This document shows, piece by piece, positions 1 to 7,434 of a stretch of 15,973 nt of DNA (the stretch's first letter is position 1; every line of letters starts with the position of its first letter). The DNA is from Holophaga sp. Lineage in GTDB: Bacteria > Acidobacteriota > Holophagae > Holophagales > Holophagaceae. A program made the position numbers and the translations under genes. The notes below the pieces were generated by a model. It had not been told where the DNA came from. It ran no database searches and was given only the letters and a program-made list of their open reading frames with translations. The stretch is from contig DAOPYE010000061.1 in NCBI GenBank assembly GCA_035352715.1, positions 1 to 15,973 of the forward strand, given 5' to 3'.

Positions 1-1
1 C

Positions 2-793
2 ATGAAGGTCGCTTGTTTCAGCGTTGCCGTGATGGATTATTTTCCGCAACAGGATAAGTATTTTGCCGGGGGCAATTCCCTCAACCAGACCATAAGGTTC
101 AAGCGGTTGGGTCATGAGAGCTGCTTTATTGGTGCGCTGGGGACCGATGCCGCTGGAGATCAGATTGAGGAATTATTGCGAAAACAGGAGGTTGATGTTT
201 CGCATTTGTACCGATTGGCCGGGCAAACCGCCTGCAACAAGCTCCTCAACGACGAAAAAGGTGAGCGAACGGGCATTGAAGGCGCATGGCAGGGCGGAGT
301 CTATGACACGTTCAGCATGAACGAATCCGATTGGGGATATATCGAATCATTCAATATCTGGGCGACTCACGCAAACGGGGCGAATTATGACCAAGCCCTG
401 AAGCGCAAAAAGGTCAATAATTATCTTGCTGTTGACTACCTGCATTTCGACACATACGAGCTCCTGGAACAAGGGCTGGATCGTGTTGATATCGCATATT
501 TCGGCGGTGTAAAAAGTCAATTATCCGATCTGGTCGATATATCAAAAAGATTCAATGGGATCATCGTATTGACCCTTGGGGCCGAAGGCAGCGTTGCCAT
601 AAAAAATGGAAACACCTATGCGCAAGACGCCTTGCCGATTAGCAAAGTCGTAGACACAACGGGTTGCGGAGATGCCTTCCAGGCCGGGTTCTCCTCTGAA
701 TATTACCTCTCCAAAAACATCCATAAGGCTCTTCTGGCGGGTGCCATCTCGGGACGAGAGGCTGCATCAAGCCATGGTGGCGTCCCATGGTGA
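2..793 (+). CDS. PfkB-family carbohydrate kinase, fructoselysine/ketosamine 6-kinase (FrlD)-like
   Basis: Intact 263-aa ORF with an ATG at 2. It has the PfkB signatures: N-terminal 'D.YPQ..K.FAGGNSLN', 'VLTLGAEGSVA', and the anion-hole motif 'DTTGCGDAFQAGF', ending 'HGGVPW' as in FrlD-type kinases. The product call comes from remembered family motifs, not a search. GC is visibly lower than in the rest of the window. Confidence 0.65.
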   Translation: MKVACFSVAVMDYFPQQDKYFAGGNSLNQTIRFKRLGHESCFIGALGTDAAGDQIEELLRKQEVDVSHLYRLAGQTACNKLLNDEKGERTGIEGAWQGGVYDTFSMNESDWGYIESFNIWATHANGANYDQALKRKKVNNYLAVDYLHFDTYELLEQGLDRVDIAYFGGVKSQLSDLVDISKRFNGIIVLTLGAEGSVAIKNGNTYAQDALPISKVVDTTGCGDAFQAGFSSEYYLSKNIHKALLAGAISGREAASSHGGVPW

Positions 794-905
794 GGAAAGA
801 CGATTTCCACCAACGGCTTCTGTCGCACGTTGTCCTGTTGTGCTGCGCGCGATGCAAGGCAAATCCTTCAACCTTCCAGGTCAAGCAAAGGCATAGGGTG
901 CGCCC

Positions 906-1319
906 ATGATGTTCCGCAACTCGATCATCCCTTCCCTGGCAATTATTGGCACGCTGTGCTGCACACCTATCGCGCGCACGGTGGTAACTCCACGTATCAA
1001 AGGCGTAACCAGCCATATCGTGTGCGAAAAATCGGGTGATGATTTCCTTGTCAAGTTTGCGCTCGCACCCGCTGAAGACGGCTCGAAATGCAGCATCCGG
1101 TTCCAGGATGCCCAGCCCAATGATTTCTCCATGGCCACCCAAAACGGCATGGTTTCGCTGAGCTGGAGAATGTCACTATCCGAGATCAAGGCCCATCGTA
1201 ATAATCCCTATTTATTCAATCTATCTGTGAATGACAAGAACTATCATGTAGGAATTGTTTTTGACACAACGCGAGATCTTGTCGTTCCGTGCATCGTCCA
1301 ATTGCTTATCCGCTTGTAG
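906..1319 (+). CDS. hypothetical small protein with N-terminal signal-peptide-like hydrophobic segment
   Basis: 137-aa ORF with an ATG at 906. The N-terminus 'MMFRNSIIPSLAIIGTLCCTPIA' resembles a Sec signal peptide. No recognisable family. It shares the low-GC composition of the upstream kinase gene and is followed immediately by an intrinsic terminator. The upstream RBS is weak (AGGG). Confidence 0.4.
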   Translation: MMFRNSIIPSLAIIGTLCCTPIARTVVTPRIKGVTSHIVCEKSGDDFLVKFALAPAEDGSKCSIRFQDAQPNDFSMATQNGMVSLSWRMSLSEIKAHRNNPYLFNLSVNDKNYHVGIVFDTTRDLVVPCIVQLLIRL

Positions 1320-1330
1320 AAGGCCATGCA

Positions 1331-1358
1331 AAAACGGGGGCAGAAACGCCCCCGTTTT
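1331..1358. terminator. bidirectional rho-independent terminator between convergent genes
   Basis: Perfect inverted repeat AAAACGGGGGC-(agaaac)-GCCCCCGTTTT. A 7-bp GC stem (CGGGGGC/GCCCCCG) is flanked by A4 on one side and T4-5 on the other, so either strand reads as hairpin plus U-tract. It sits between the 906-1319(+) ORF and exuT(-) ending at 1384. Confidence 0.7.
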
Positions 1359-1383
1359 ACAGGTGGTAAAGCTGAAACGGTCT

Positions 1384-2658
1384 TCAGTTCGCCGCTTCCG
1401 CCGAGAGATCGATGGGCTTGATCTTCGGCACCAGCAGATGGAAGACGCCGAAGGCCACTAGGTAGGCGAACGCGCCGTAGGCGAACAGGGGCCAGTAGGT
1501 CCCGGTCTTCTGCAATACACGCCCGACGGCTTCCGAGAAGATGATCGAACCGACGCTGCCCGCCATGCCGCCGATGCCGGTGACAGACGCCACGGCGCGC
1601 TTGGGGAACATATCGCTGACCGTCGTGTAGAGATTGGCGCTCCAGCCCTGGTGGGCGGCGGCGGCCAGTCCGACCAGGGGAACGGCGAGCCACACGCTTT
1701 TCGCACGAACCGCGATCAGGATGGGGATCACTGCGCAGGCGCAGATGATCATGGCGATCTTGCGTCCACGATTGGCGGAAAGCCCCCGCGCCATGAGCCG
1801 CGAGGAGATCCACCCGCCGGCGATGCTGCCGCCGATGGCCATCACGTACACCGTGATCATGGGGATGCCCAGGTTCTTGAGATTGATGCCGTACTGCTTG
1901 TTGAGCCAGCCCGGCAGCCAGAAGAGATAGAACCACCACACGGGATCCGTCAGGGCTTTGCCCAGCATGAAGGCCCAGGTCTGGCGCCGTCTGATCAGGC
2001 TGGTCCAGGGCAGGGATTCCTCGCTGGTGCTGGTTTCGCCATCCTTGATGTGCTCGAGTTCCGCTTCATTGACCTGGGGGCTTTCCTCTGGTCGTCGGTA
2101 CAGGATCCACCAGAAGGGCAGCCAGAGCAGACCCAGGGCGCCGATCAACACGAAGGCTCCCCGCCACCCGACCGTGACAGCCAGGAAGGGGATGAGCGCA
2201 GGCGCCAGCACGGCGCCGAAATTGGAGCCGGAGTTGAAGAGCCCCGTGGCGGAGGCCCGCTCATGCTTGGGGAACCATTCGGCGATGGCCTTCACGGCCG
2301 CCGGAAAGTTGCCGGCTTCGCCCAGGCCCAGCAGGAAGCGCATGGCGGCGAATCCCATGACCGTGCCCACCAGCGCGTGGCCTGCGGCGGCAAGGCTCCA
2401 GGCCACCATGGCCAGGGCGTAGGCGATCTTGGTGCCCATGCGGTCGATCATCTGGCCGAAGCCCACCAGGCCGATAGCGTAGGCCGCCTGGAACGCGATG
2501 ATGATGCGGGCGTATTCGACCTCGGTCCAGCCGATATCGTGCTGAAGCTGGGGGGCCAGGAGCCCCAGGATCTGGCGATCCATGTAGTTGACGGTGGTGG
2601 CGGCAAACAGCAACGCGCAGATGGTCCAGCGGAAGGAGGTCATGCCGCGGGTTTTCAT
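1384..2658 (-). CDS. exuT: MFS hexuronate transporter (ExuT / ACS family)
   Basis: 424-aa protein with about 12 predicted TM helices. The N-terminal 'NYMDRQILGLLAP' and overall similarity to E. coli ExuT (from memory) support the call. The ATG at 2658 overlaps the eda stop (ATGA), and an alternative ATG lies at 2643. It is the last gene of the minus-strand uxu operon. Confidence 0.85.
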   Translation of the reverse strand: MKTRGMTSFRWTICALLFAATTVNYMDRQILGLLAPQLQHDIGWTEVEYARIIIAFQAAYAIGLVGFGQMIDRMGTKIAYALAMVAWSLAAAGHALVGTVMGFAAMRFLLGLGEAGNFPAAVKAIAEWFPKHERASATGLFNSGSNFGAVLAPALIPFLAVTVGWRGAFVLIGALGLLWLPFWWILYRRPEESPQVNEAELEHIKDGETSTSEESLPWTSLIRRRQTWAFMLGKALTDPVWWFYLFWLPGWLNKQYGINLKNLGIPMITVYVMAIGGSIAGGWISSRLMARGLSANRGRKIAMIICACAVIPILIAVRAKSVWLAVPLVGLAAAAHQGWSANLYTTVSDMFPKRAVASVTGIGGMAGSVGSIIFSEAVGRVLQKTGTYWPLFAYGAFAYLVAFGVFHLLVPKIKPIDLSAEAAN

Positions 2659-3320
2659 GCGATCCCCGTGTCGTGGGCGCGAACCAGATCCAGCGCTTCA
2701 CGGGTCAGACGCTCCACCTCGACCCAGTTCTCGGTCTGGAGCAGCTTCTTCTCGACAAACCAGGTGCCGCCCACCGCGATGACTTCCGGGACATCCAGCC
2801 AGGAAGTCAGGTTGCCCTGGCTGACGCCGCCTGTGGGCATGAAGCGAATACCGGTGTGCCCGTAGGCGGCAGACATGCCCTTCAGCATGGGCACGCCGCC
2901 CGCCGCCTGGGCCGGGAAGAACTTCAGAACCTTGCAGCCCAGCTCCATGGCCGCTTCCAGCTCTGTAGGCGTCGCGATGCCGGGGACAAAGGGCATGCCG
3001 ATCTTCTGCGCGTGTGCCACGACGCGGGGGCTGAAGCCGGGAGCGACGCCGAAAGCCGATCCGGCCTGCTGGGCGCGATCCACCTGCTCAGGGGTGAGCA
3101 AGGTGCCCGCACCCACCAGCATTTCGGGGAAGCGCTGGGCGATGGCGCGGATGGAGGCCTCTGCCGCAGCGGTGCGGAAGGTGACTTCGATGACATTCAG
3201 GCCTGCGCGCAGCAGGGCTTCTGCGAGACCCAGCGCCGGACCGGGATCCGGCAGGACCACCACGGGCACGAGGCGATTCTGTTGGAGACGCGTGGTGACG
3301 GTTTCAAGTGAACAAGACAT
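2655..3320 (-). CDS. eda: 2-dehydro-3-deoxy-phosphogluconate (KDPG) / 4-hydroxy-2-oxoglutarate aldolase
   Basis: 221 aa, typical Eda length. Motifs 'NVIEVTFRT', 'GAGT', 'FFPA' and 'GG' are characteristic of class I KDPG aldolase. A GGAG RBS lies upstream of the ATG at 3320. The stop overlaps the exuT start. Confidence 0.85.
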   Translation of the reverse strand: MSCSLETVTTRLQQNRLVPVVVLPDPGPALGLAEALLRAGLNVIEVTFRTAAAEASIRAIAQRFPEMLVGAGTLLTPEQVDRAQQAGSAFGVAPGFSPRVVAHAQKIGMPFVPGIATPTELEAAMELGCKVLKFFPAQAAGGVPMLKGMSAAYGHTGIRFMPTGGVSQGNLTSWLDVPEVIAVGGTWFVEKKLLQTENWVEVERLTREALDLVRAHDTGIA

Positions 3321-3343
3321 GGAGACTCCAGGACCAGGATTGG

Positions 3344-4168
3344 CTACACACCGGAATAGGCGAGGAAGCCGCCATCCACGGGGATGATGACGCCGGTGAC
3401 GAAGGAAGCCTCGTCAGAACATAGATACGTCAGGGCGCCGCAGAGATCCTTGGCTTCGCCAAAGCGCCGCATGGGGGTCTTGGCCAGCACCTTGTGGCCC
3501 CGGGGGGTCAGGGTCTTGCCATCCGCTTCGAGCATGAGGAAGCGGTTCTGTTCGGTCAGGAAAAAGCCCGGCGCGATGGCGTTGACGCGGATGCCCATGG
3601 GGGCGAGGTGCGTGGCGAGCCAGCGCGTGAAATTGTCCACTGCGGCCTTGGCGGCGGCGTAGGCGGCCACCTTGGTCATGGGCTGGGTGGCGGCCATGGA
3701 GCTGATATTGATGACGCTGCCGCCTTCCTTCAGCATGGCCTCGCAGAAGACCTGCGCGGGCAGCAGCGAACCGATGAAGTTCAGGCGGTTCACAAACTCG
3801 AACCCCGAAAGATCCAGCCCAAAGAATGTTTGATCCATGGGCGTCTCGGGGGTCATCTGCTCCGCGGAGCAGGTGCCCTTGGGATGATTGCCGCCCGCGC
3901 CGTTGACCAGGATGTCGATGCGGCCCCACTGCTTCAGGATCTGTTCGCGGGCCGCTTCCAGGCTGGCGCGGTCCAGCACATCCACGGCGCACACCAGGGT
4001 CTGATTCAGCCCTTTCTCCGCGAATTGCTTCTGCAGTTCGAGGGCAGCATCCTCGCGGCGATCCAGGAGGGCCACCTTGGCGCCTGCCAGCAGCAGGGAT
4101 TCGCACATGGTGGAACACAGCACGCCAGGCGCGCCGGTAACAATGGCCACTTTTCCGTGCAATCTCAT
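3344..4168 (-). CDS. uxuB: SDR-family D-mannonate oxidoreductase (fructuronate reductase), Bacillus UxuB/YjmF type
   Basis: 274 aa from the ATG at 4168, which is preceded by the RBS GGCAAGGAGGAATC. The first 131 codons of the track's 405-aa ORF are an upstream run-on. It has the SDR Gly-motif 'GKVAIVTGA' and the characteristic insertion 'NGAGGNHPKG...TFFGLDLSGF', plus 'NISSM', 'AYAAAKAA' and 'APGFFLTEQNRFL', matching B. subtilis UxuB-type mannonate dehydrogenases (from memory). Confidence 0.85.
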   Translation of the reverse strand: MRLHGKVAIVTGAPGVLCSTMCESLLLAGAKVALLDRREDAALELQKQFAEKGLNQTLVCAVDVLDRASLEAAREQILKQWGRIDILVNGAGGNHPKGTCSAEQMTPETPMDQTFFGLDLSGFEFVNRLNFIGSLLPAQVFCEAMLKEGGSVINISSMAATQPMTKVAAYAAAKAAVDNFTRWLATHLAPMGIRVNAIAPGFFLTEQNRFLMLEADGKTLTPRGHKVLAKTPMRRFGEAKDLCGALTYLCSDEASFVTGVIIPVDGGFLAYSGV

Positions 4169-4182
4169 GATTCCTCCTTGCC

Positions 4183-5370
4183 TCAACGGCGGTTCAGTGT
4201 TTGTTTGAGGCCCAGTTCCAGGCCGCGCAGTTCGGCCAATCCCATCAGGCGACCCACGTACGAGTAGCCGGAATAGCAGCCACGGTTGCGATCGCAGTCC
4301 ACCAGCTTTCCGTGATCCGGTCGCACGGGGATTAGGGCGTCCGTTCGGCCAATGGCCTTTCGGCGGGCTTCTTCGCGGATGAGCGCGGTCATCGCGCGGA
4401 CCATGTCGATCCGGCCGTTCAGGTGCGTGGATTCGTTGAAGCGGATTCCTTCTTCCGTGAACGCGACGTTGCGGAAGTGGACGAAGTGGACGCGATTCGC
4501 AAAGCGCTCCAGCATCTCCGCCGGGTCGTTGTCCAGGCGTCCGCCAAAGGAGCCGGTGCACAGCGTCAGGCCACAGTTCTCGGAAGGCACTTCGCGGAAG
4601 AGCTGCTCCACGTCGGCGGAGGTGCTCAGGATGCGGGGCAGGCCGAAAATGGTGCGCGGCGGATCGTCGGGATGGATGGCCATGCGAACGCCCAGCTCAT
4701 CGCAGATGGGCATGATCTCGTTCAGGAATCCGTAGAGGTTGGCGCGCAGGGTGGCCTCGTCGATGTGCTCGTAGCGGCGCAGTTCTGCGGAAAAATCCTC
4801 GATGGTGAAATCGTCGACGGTTCCCGGCAGGCCCATCAGGATCGTGTCGGACAACTGCTTGCGCTGGGCCTCGTCCATGGCTTCAAAGCGGGCGCGGGCG
4901 CGCTGAACCACTTCGGCAGGATGGTCGGCCTCGGCGCCGGGACGCTTCAGGATAAACAGATCGAAGGCGGCCACGCCGATGCCGTCGTATTCCAGCACGC
5001 GGCTGCCATCGGCCAGCTCCATCTCCACCGAGGTGCGCGTCCAGTCGAGGACGGGCATGAAGTTGTAGCAGATGATCTTGAGGCCGGCTTCGCCCAGATT
5101 GCGCAGGCTCTGCTTGTAGATCTCCATCAGCGAGCGCCAGTCGCCGCTGCGGGTCTTGATGTCTTCGTGGATGGGCAGGCTTTCGACCACCGTCCAGCGC
5201 ATACCAGCGGCTTCGACCTCCTGGATGCGTTTCTTGATCTCTTCCGGCGTCCAAAGCTGGCCGCACTTCACATGATGAAGGGCCGTCACGATGTCCGTGA
5301 CGCCGGCCTGCCGGATTTCACGAAGGCTGATGGGATCATTGGGGCCAAACCATCTCCAGCTCTGCAGCAT
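4183..5370 (-). CDS. uxuA: D-mannonate dehydratase
   Basis: 395 aa. The N-terminus 'MLQSWRWFGPNDPISL...VTALHH' and blocks 'CYNFMPVLDWTRT', 'ILKRPGAEAD', 'RMAIHPDDPP', 'GLPRI' and 'IPVRPDHG' match E. coli UxuA closely (from memory). The ATG at 5370 is preceded by AAGGAG. Confidence 0.95.
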   Translation of the reverse strand: MLQSWRWFGPNDPISLREIRQAGVTDIVTALHHVKCGQLWTPEEIKKRIQEVEAAGMRWTVVESLPIHEDIKTRSGDWRSLMEIYKQSLRNLGEAGLKIICYNFMPVLDWTRTSVEMELADGSRVLEYDGIGVAAFDLFILKRPGAEADHPAEVVQRARARFEAMDEAQRKQLSDTILMGLPGTVDDFTIEDFSAELRRYEHIDEATLRANLYGFLNEIMPICDELGVRMAIHPDDPPRTIFGLPRILSTSADVEQLFREVPSENCGLTLCTGSFGGRLDNDPAEMLERFANRVHFVHFRNVAFTEEGIRFNESTHLNGRIDMVRAMTALIREEARRKAIGRTDALIPVRPDHGKLVDCDRNRGCYSGYSYVGRLMGLAELRGLELGLKQTLNRR

Positions 5371-5422
5371 GGATGCTCCTTATGGATCAGAGATTGGATT
5401 GTTGACAGCGAATGTCGATAAC

Positions 5423-6517
5423 TCAGCGCTGCACGCGCGCGCCGCCGCCCTTCACCAGGGCTTCCACCTCCTTGAGGCTGGCCATGGACGTGTCTCCGGG
5501 CGTGGTCATGGCCAGCGCTCCGTGGGCCGCACCATATTCGACGGCCGCCTGGGGACCCTGTCCGGATAGGAATCCATAGACCAGACCTGACACGAAGGAG
5601 TCGCCGCCGCCGACGCGATCCATGATCTCCAGGCGATCGCGCTGGGCGGCCTGATGGAAGGCGCCATCGGACCAGAGCACCGCGCCCCAATCGTTGATGG
5701 AGGCGGAATGGACCTCGCGCAGGGTGGTGGCCACGACCTGGAAGTTGGGGAAGGCCTTCACGACGTTCTCGATCATGGACTTGAAGGCGCTGGGATCCAG
5801 GCCCGTGCGGTTCTTGTTCAGGCCGGAAACCTCGAAGCCGAGGGCTTCCGTGAAATCCTCTTCGTTGCCGATCATGACGTCGACGTACTGCGCGATCTCG
5901 CGATTGACGGCCTGGGCCCGCTGGGTTCCGCCGTGGGTCTTCCATAGGCTGGGGCGGAAGTTCAGGTCATAGCTGACGATGGTGCCGTGCTTCTGGGCGG
6001 CCTTCATGGCCGCGATGGCCAGCTCGGGTGTCTTTTCGCCAAGGGCGGCGAAGATGCCGCCGCAGTGGAACCAGCGAACGCCCTGGCGGCCAAAGATGTC
6101 TTCCCAGTCAAACGCATCGGGGCCCAGCTGGCTGATGGCCGTATGTCCCCGGTCGCTGCATCCGACGGCGCCGCGGGCGCCGAAGCCCCGCTCGGTGAAG
6201 TTCAGGCCGTTGCGGGCCGCGCGGCCGATGCCATCGAAGGCCTCCCAGCGGATCAGCGAGGTCTCCACGCCGCCCTGAAGGATCAGGTCTTCCAGCAACC
6301 GTCCCACCGGGTTGTCCACGAACGCCGTGGCGATGGCCGCCCGCTGGCCAAAGCAGCGGCGCAGGCCGCGCGCCACGTTGTATTCGCCGCCGCCTTCCCA
6401 GGCCTGGAAATGGCGGGTCGTGTGGATGCGCCCTTCGCTGGGATCCAGGCGGAGCATGACTTCGCCCAGGGAGAGAATGTCCCATCGGCAGGTGTTGGCG
6501 GGTTTGATCGTCATCAT
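5423..6517 (-). CDS. kdgK: 2-dehydro-3-deoxygluconokinase (PfkB family)
   Basis: 364 aa. It is a PfkB/ribokinase-like sugar kinase ('LSLGEVMLRLDP', 'DLNFRPSLW', 'DRVGGGDSFVSGL'). Placement between uxuA and the regulator in a glucuronate locus indicates KDG kinase. The ATG at 6517 is ATG-ATG. Confidence 0.8.
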   Translation of the reverse strand: MMTIKPANTCRWDILSLGEVMLRLDPSEGRIHTTRHFQAWEGGGEYNVARGLRRCFGQRAAIATAFVDNPVGRLLEDLILQGGVETSLIRWEAFDGIGRAARNGLNFTERGFGARGAVGCSDRGHTAISQLGPDAFDWEDIFGRQGVRWFHCGGIFAALGEKTPELAIAAMKAAQKHGTIVSYDLNFRPSLWKTHGGTQRAQAVNREIAQYVDVMIGNEEDFTEALGFEVSGLNKNRTGLDPSAFKSMIENVVKAFPNFQVVATTLREVHSASINDWGAVLWSDGAFHQAAQRDRLEIMDRVGGGDSFVSGLVYGFLSGQGPQAAVEYGAAHGALAMTTPGDTSMASLKEVEALVKGGGARVQR

Positions 6518-6541
6518 GGTGCTTCCCGTGAAAAAGGAGGG

Positions 6542-7249
6542 TCAGGAGCGGGTGTTGAGGGCGCGCCAACTGCGGGCGAACTCTTTCTGAATGCGGTCGA
6601 TGTGGTCGCGCATGGCCTTGCGGGCCGCGCGGGGAGAGCGCTCCACGATGGCGAGAAAGATCTTCCGGTGATCTTCCATCAGCACATGGCGTAGCTCGGA
6701 GGTGTGGAAATGGGCGTCCATCTGCGACCAGGCCTCGCCCCGTCCCTGATCCCACAGCAGGGACACGACCTGGGACATGGCGCTGTTGCCGGTCGCTTCC
6801 GCCAGCAGGAAATGGAAGGCGCGGTCGGCAAGATCGTTGGCGGCGCGGTCATCCAGGGTGCGAGCCAACTCGTTCAGGGATTCATGCAGGCGATCGATAT
6901 CGGCGGGCTTGGCGGATTCCGCGGCCGCGGCGGCAACTTCGCCCTCGAATACGTGGCGGGCCCGCAGCAGCTCGAAGGGCCCCGGACCCGTTTCGTGGAT
7001 CGGCATCGCCTGGGCGGCGGGCTTGACGTAGATGCCGGACCCGCCGCGCACTTCGACGCGGTTGCCGATTTCCAGCGCGATGATCGCTTCGCGGATGGTG
7101 GCGCGACTCACCTCAAGACGCTCGGCCAGCGTGCGTTCCGACGGAAGGCTCTGGCCCGCTTTGAACTCGCCGTTCTGGATCAACTCCAGGATGCGCTCGG
7201 CCACCTGCTGGTAGAGCCGTGTGGGGTTGGGCGAAGAAGGTGTCTGCAA
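6542..7249 (-). CDS. GntR/FadR-family transcriptional regulator (UxuR/ExuR-like) of the hexuronate operon
   Basis: N-terminal wHTH 'LYQQVAERILELIQNGEFKAGQSLPSERTLAERLEVSRATIREAIIALE' followed by an FCD-type C-terminal domain. The ORF track starts at GTG 7336, but that region holds the operon promoter and operators, so the start is more likely TTG 7249. That TTG is preceded by GGAAG-N5 and gives 235 aa, typical for this family. It is the first gene of the operon. Confidence 0.7.
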   Translation of the reverse strand: MQTPSSPNPTRLYQQVAERILELIQNGEFKAGQSLPSERTLAERLEVSRATIREAIIALEIGNRVEVRGGSGIYVKPAAQAMPIHETGPGPFELLRARHVFEGEVAAAAAESAKPADIDRLHESLNELARTLDDRAANDLADRAFHFLLAEATGNSAMSQVVSLLWDQGRGEAWSQMDAHFHTSELRHVLMEDHRKIFLAIVERSPRAARKAMRDHIDRIQKEFARSWRALNTRS

Positions 7250-7301
7250 GGGAGCTTCCGGGGCAGGGCAGGGCTCAAGACGATTGGCCTGACGCTGGGT
7301 C

Positions 7302-7319
7302 AAATTGGTCAGACCAGTT
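7302..7319. promoter_or_regulatory. FadR/UxuR-type palindromic operator (site 2), AAATTGGTCAGACCAGTT
   Basis: The core TGGTC-A-GACCA (7306-7316) is a perfect inverted repeat. On the minus strand it reads AACTGGTCTGACCAATT, matching the FadR-subfamily consensus ANCTGGTCNGACCNGTT at about 15/17 positions. It lies immediately downstream of the predicted -10. Confidence 0.6.
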
Positions 7320-7326
7320 CCCCCAG

Positions 7327-7355
7327 AAATTAGCACCTGGACAGACCAACGTCAA
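7327..7355 (-). promoter_or_regulatory. sigma70-like promoter of the regulator-kdgK-uxuA-uxuB-eda-exuT operon
   Basis: Read on the minus strand: TTGACG (7355-7350), a 17-nt spacer, and an extended -10 TGcTAATTT (7335-7327). It sits directly after the uxaC terminator and is flanked or overlapped by the two operators. Confidence 0.5.
7338..7348. promoter_or_regulatory. second, slightly degenerate FadR/UxuR-type operator (site 1), TGGACAGACCA
   Basis: It differs from site 2 by one core position and lies within the -35/-10 spacer. Its centre is 32 bp (about 3 helical turns) from the centre of site 2. Confidence 0.4.
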
Positions 7356-7364
7356 CGCGACGCC

Positions 7365-7415
7365 CATCAAAAGAAATCCGGCCGGGAACGCGAAGATGTT
7401 GCGTTCCCGGCCGGA
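7365..7415 (-). terminator. rho-independent terminator downstream of uxaC
   Basis: Read on the minus strand: TCCGGCCGGGAACGC-(aacatcttc)-GCGTTCCCGGCCGGA, a perfect 15-bp GC-rich stem, followed by TTTCTTTTG. It starts about 20 nt after the uxaC stop at 7435. Confidence 0.8.
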
Positions 7416-7434
7416 TGACTGGAGAGGGGACGCC

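Noticed and set aside
1651-2865. 404-aa ORF on the plus strand antisense to exuT/eda. Similar long antisense ORFs lie at 4423-5421 (+, antisense to uxuA), 5987-6694 (+, antisense to kdgK), 9033-10070 (-, antisense to flotillin), 11661-12842 (+, antisense to uup), 13660-14391 and 14822-15580 (-, out of frame in the HK region).
   Set aside because: Their translations are Arg/Gly/Ala/Pro-rich low-complexity strings with no motifs. They lie entirely inside genes with strong homology on the other strand or frame. Stop-codon-poor antisense frames are expected at ~65% GC. I treat them as artefacts.
4169-4561. N-terminal 131 codons of the 405-aa ORF 3344-4561 (upstream extension of uxuB running through the uxuA 3' end).
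   Set aside because: The extension is low-complexity (RPGG.., PRR..) and overlaps uxuA in another frame. A canonical ATG at 4168 with a GGCAAGGAGG SD gives a 274-aa SDR of the expected length.
5371-5422. TTGACA hexamer (5401-5406, plus strand) and a small GACA-N5-TGTC palindrome in the uxuA-kdgK intergenic gap, as a possible internal promoter or operator.
   Set aside because: The TTGACA is on the strand opposite to all flanking genes and has no -10 partner. The 4-bp palindrome is too short to be meaningful. The 52-bp gap is better explained as a simple intercistronic spacer carrying the uxuA SD (AAGGAG).
6531-6553. Perfect SD-like AAAAAGGAGG on the plus strand, followed by GTG, in the regulator-kdgK intergenic gap.
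   Set aside because: The six-frame track lists no plus-strand ORF starting there. The sequence is the complement of the intercistronic region of a minus-strand operon, so it is coincidental.
7250-7336. GTG 7336 as start of the GntR regulator (ORF-track start, 264 aa).
   Set aside because: Codons 1-12 would be encoded by the promoter -10 and operator site 2, and would begin 30 bp after the uxaC terminator. The N-terminal 29 residues are Pro/Ser/Thr-rich and unlike GntR N-termini. TTG 7249 with a GGAAG SD gives a family-typical 235 aa.
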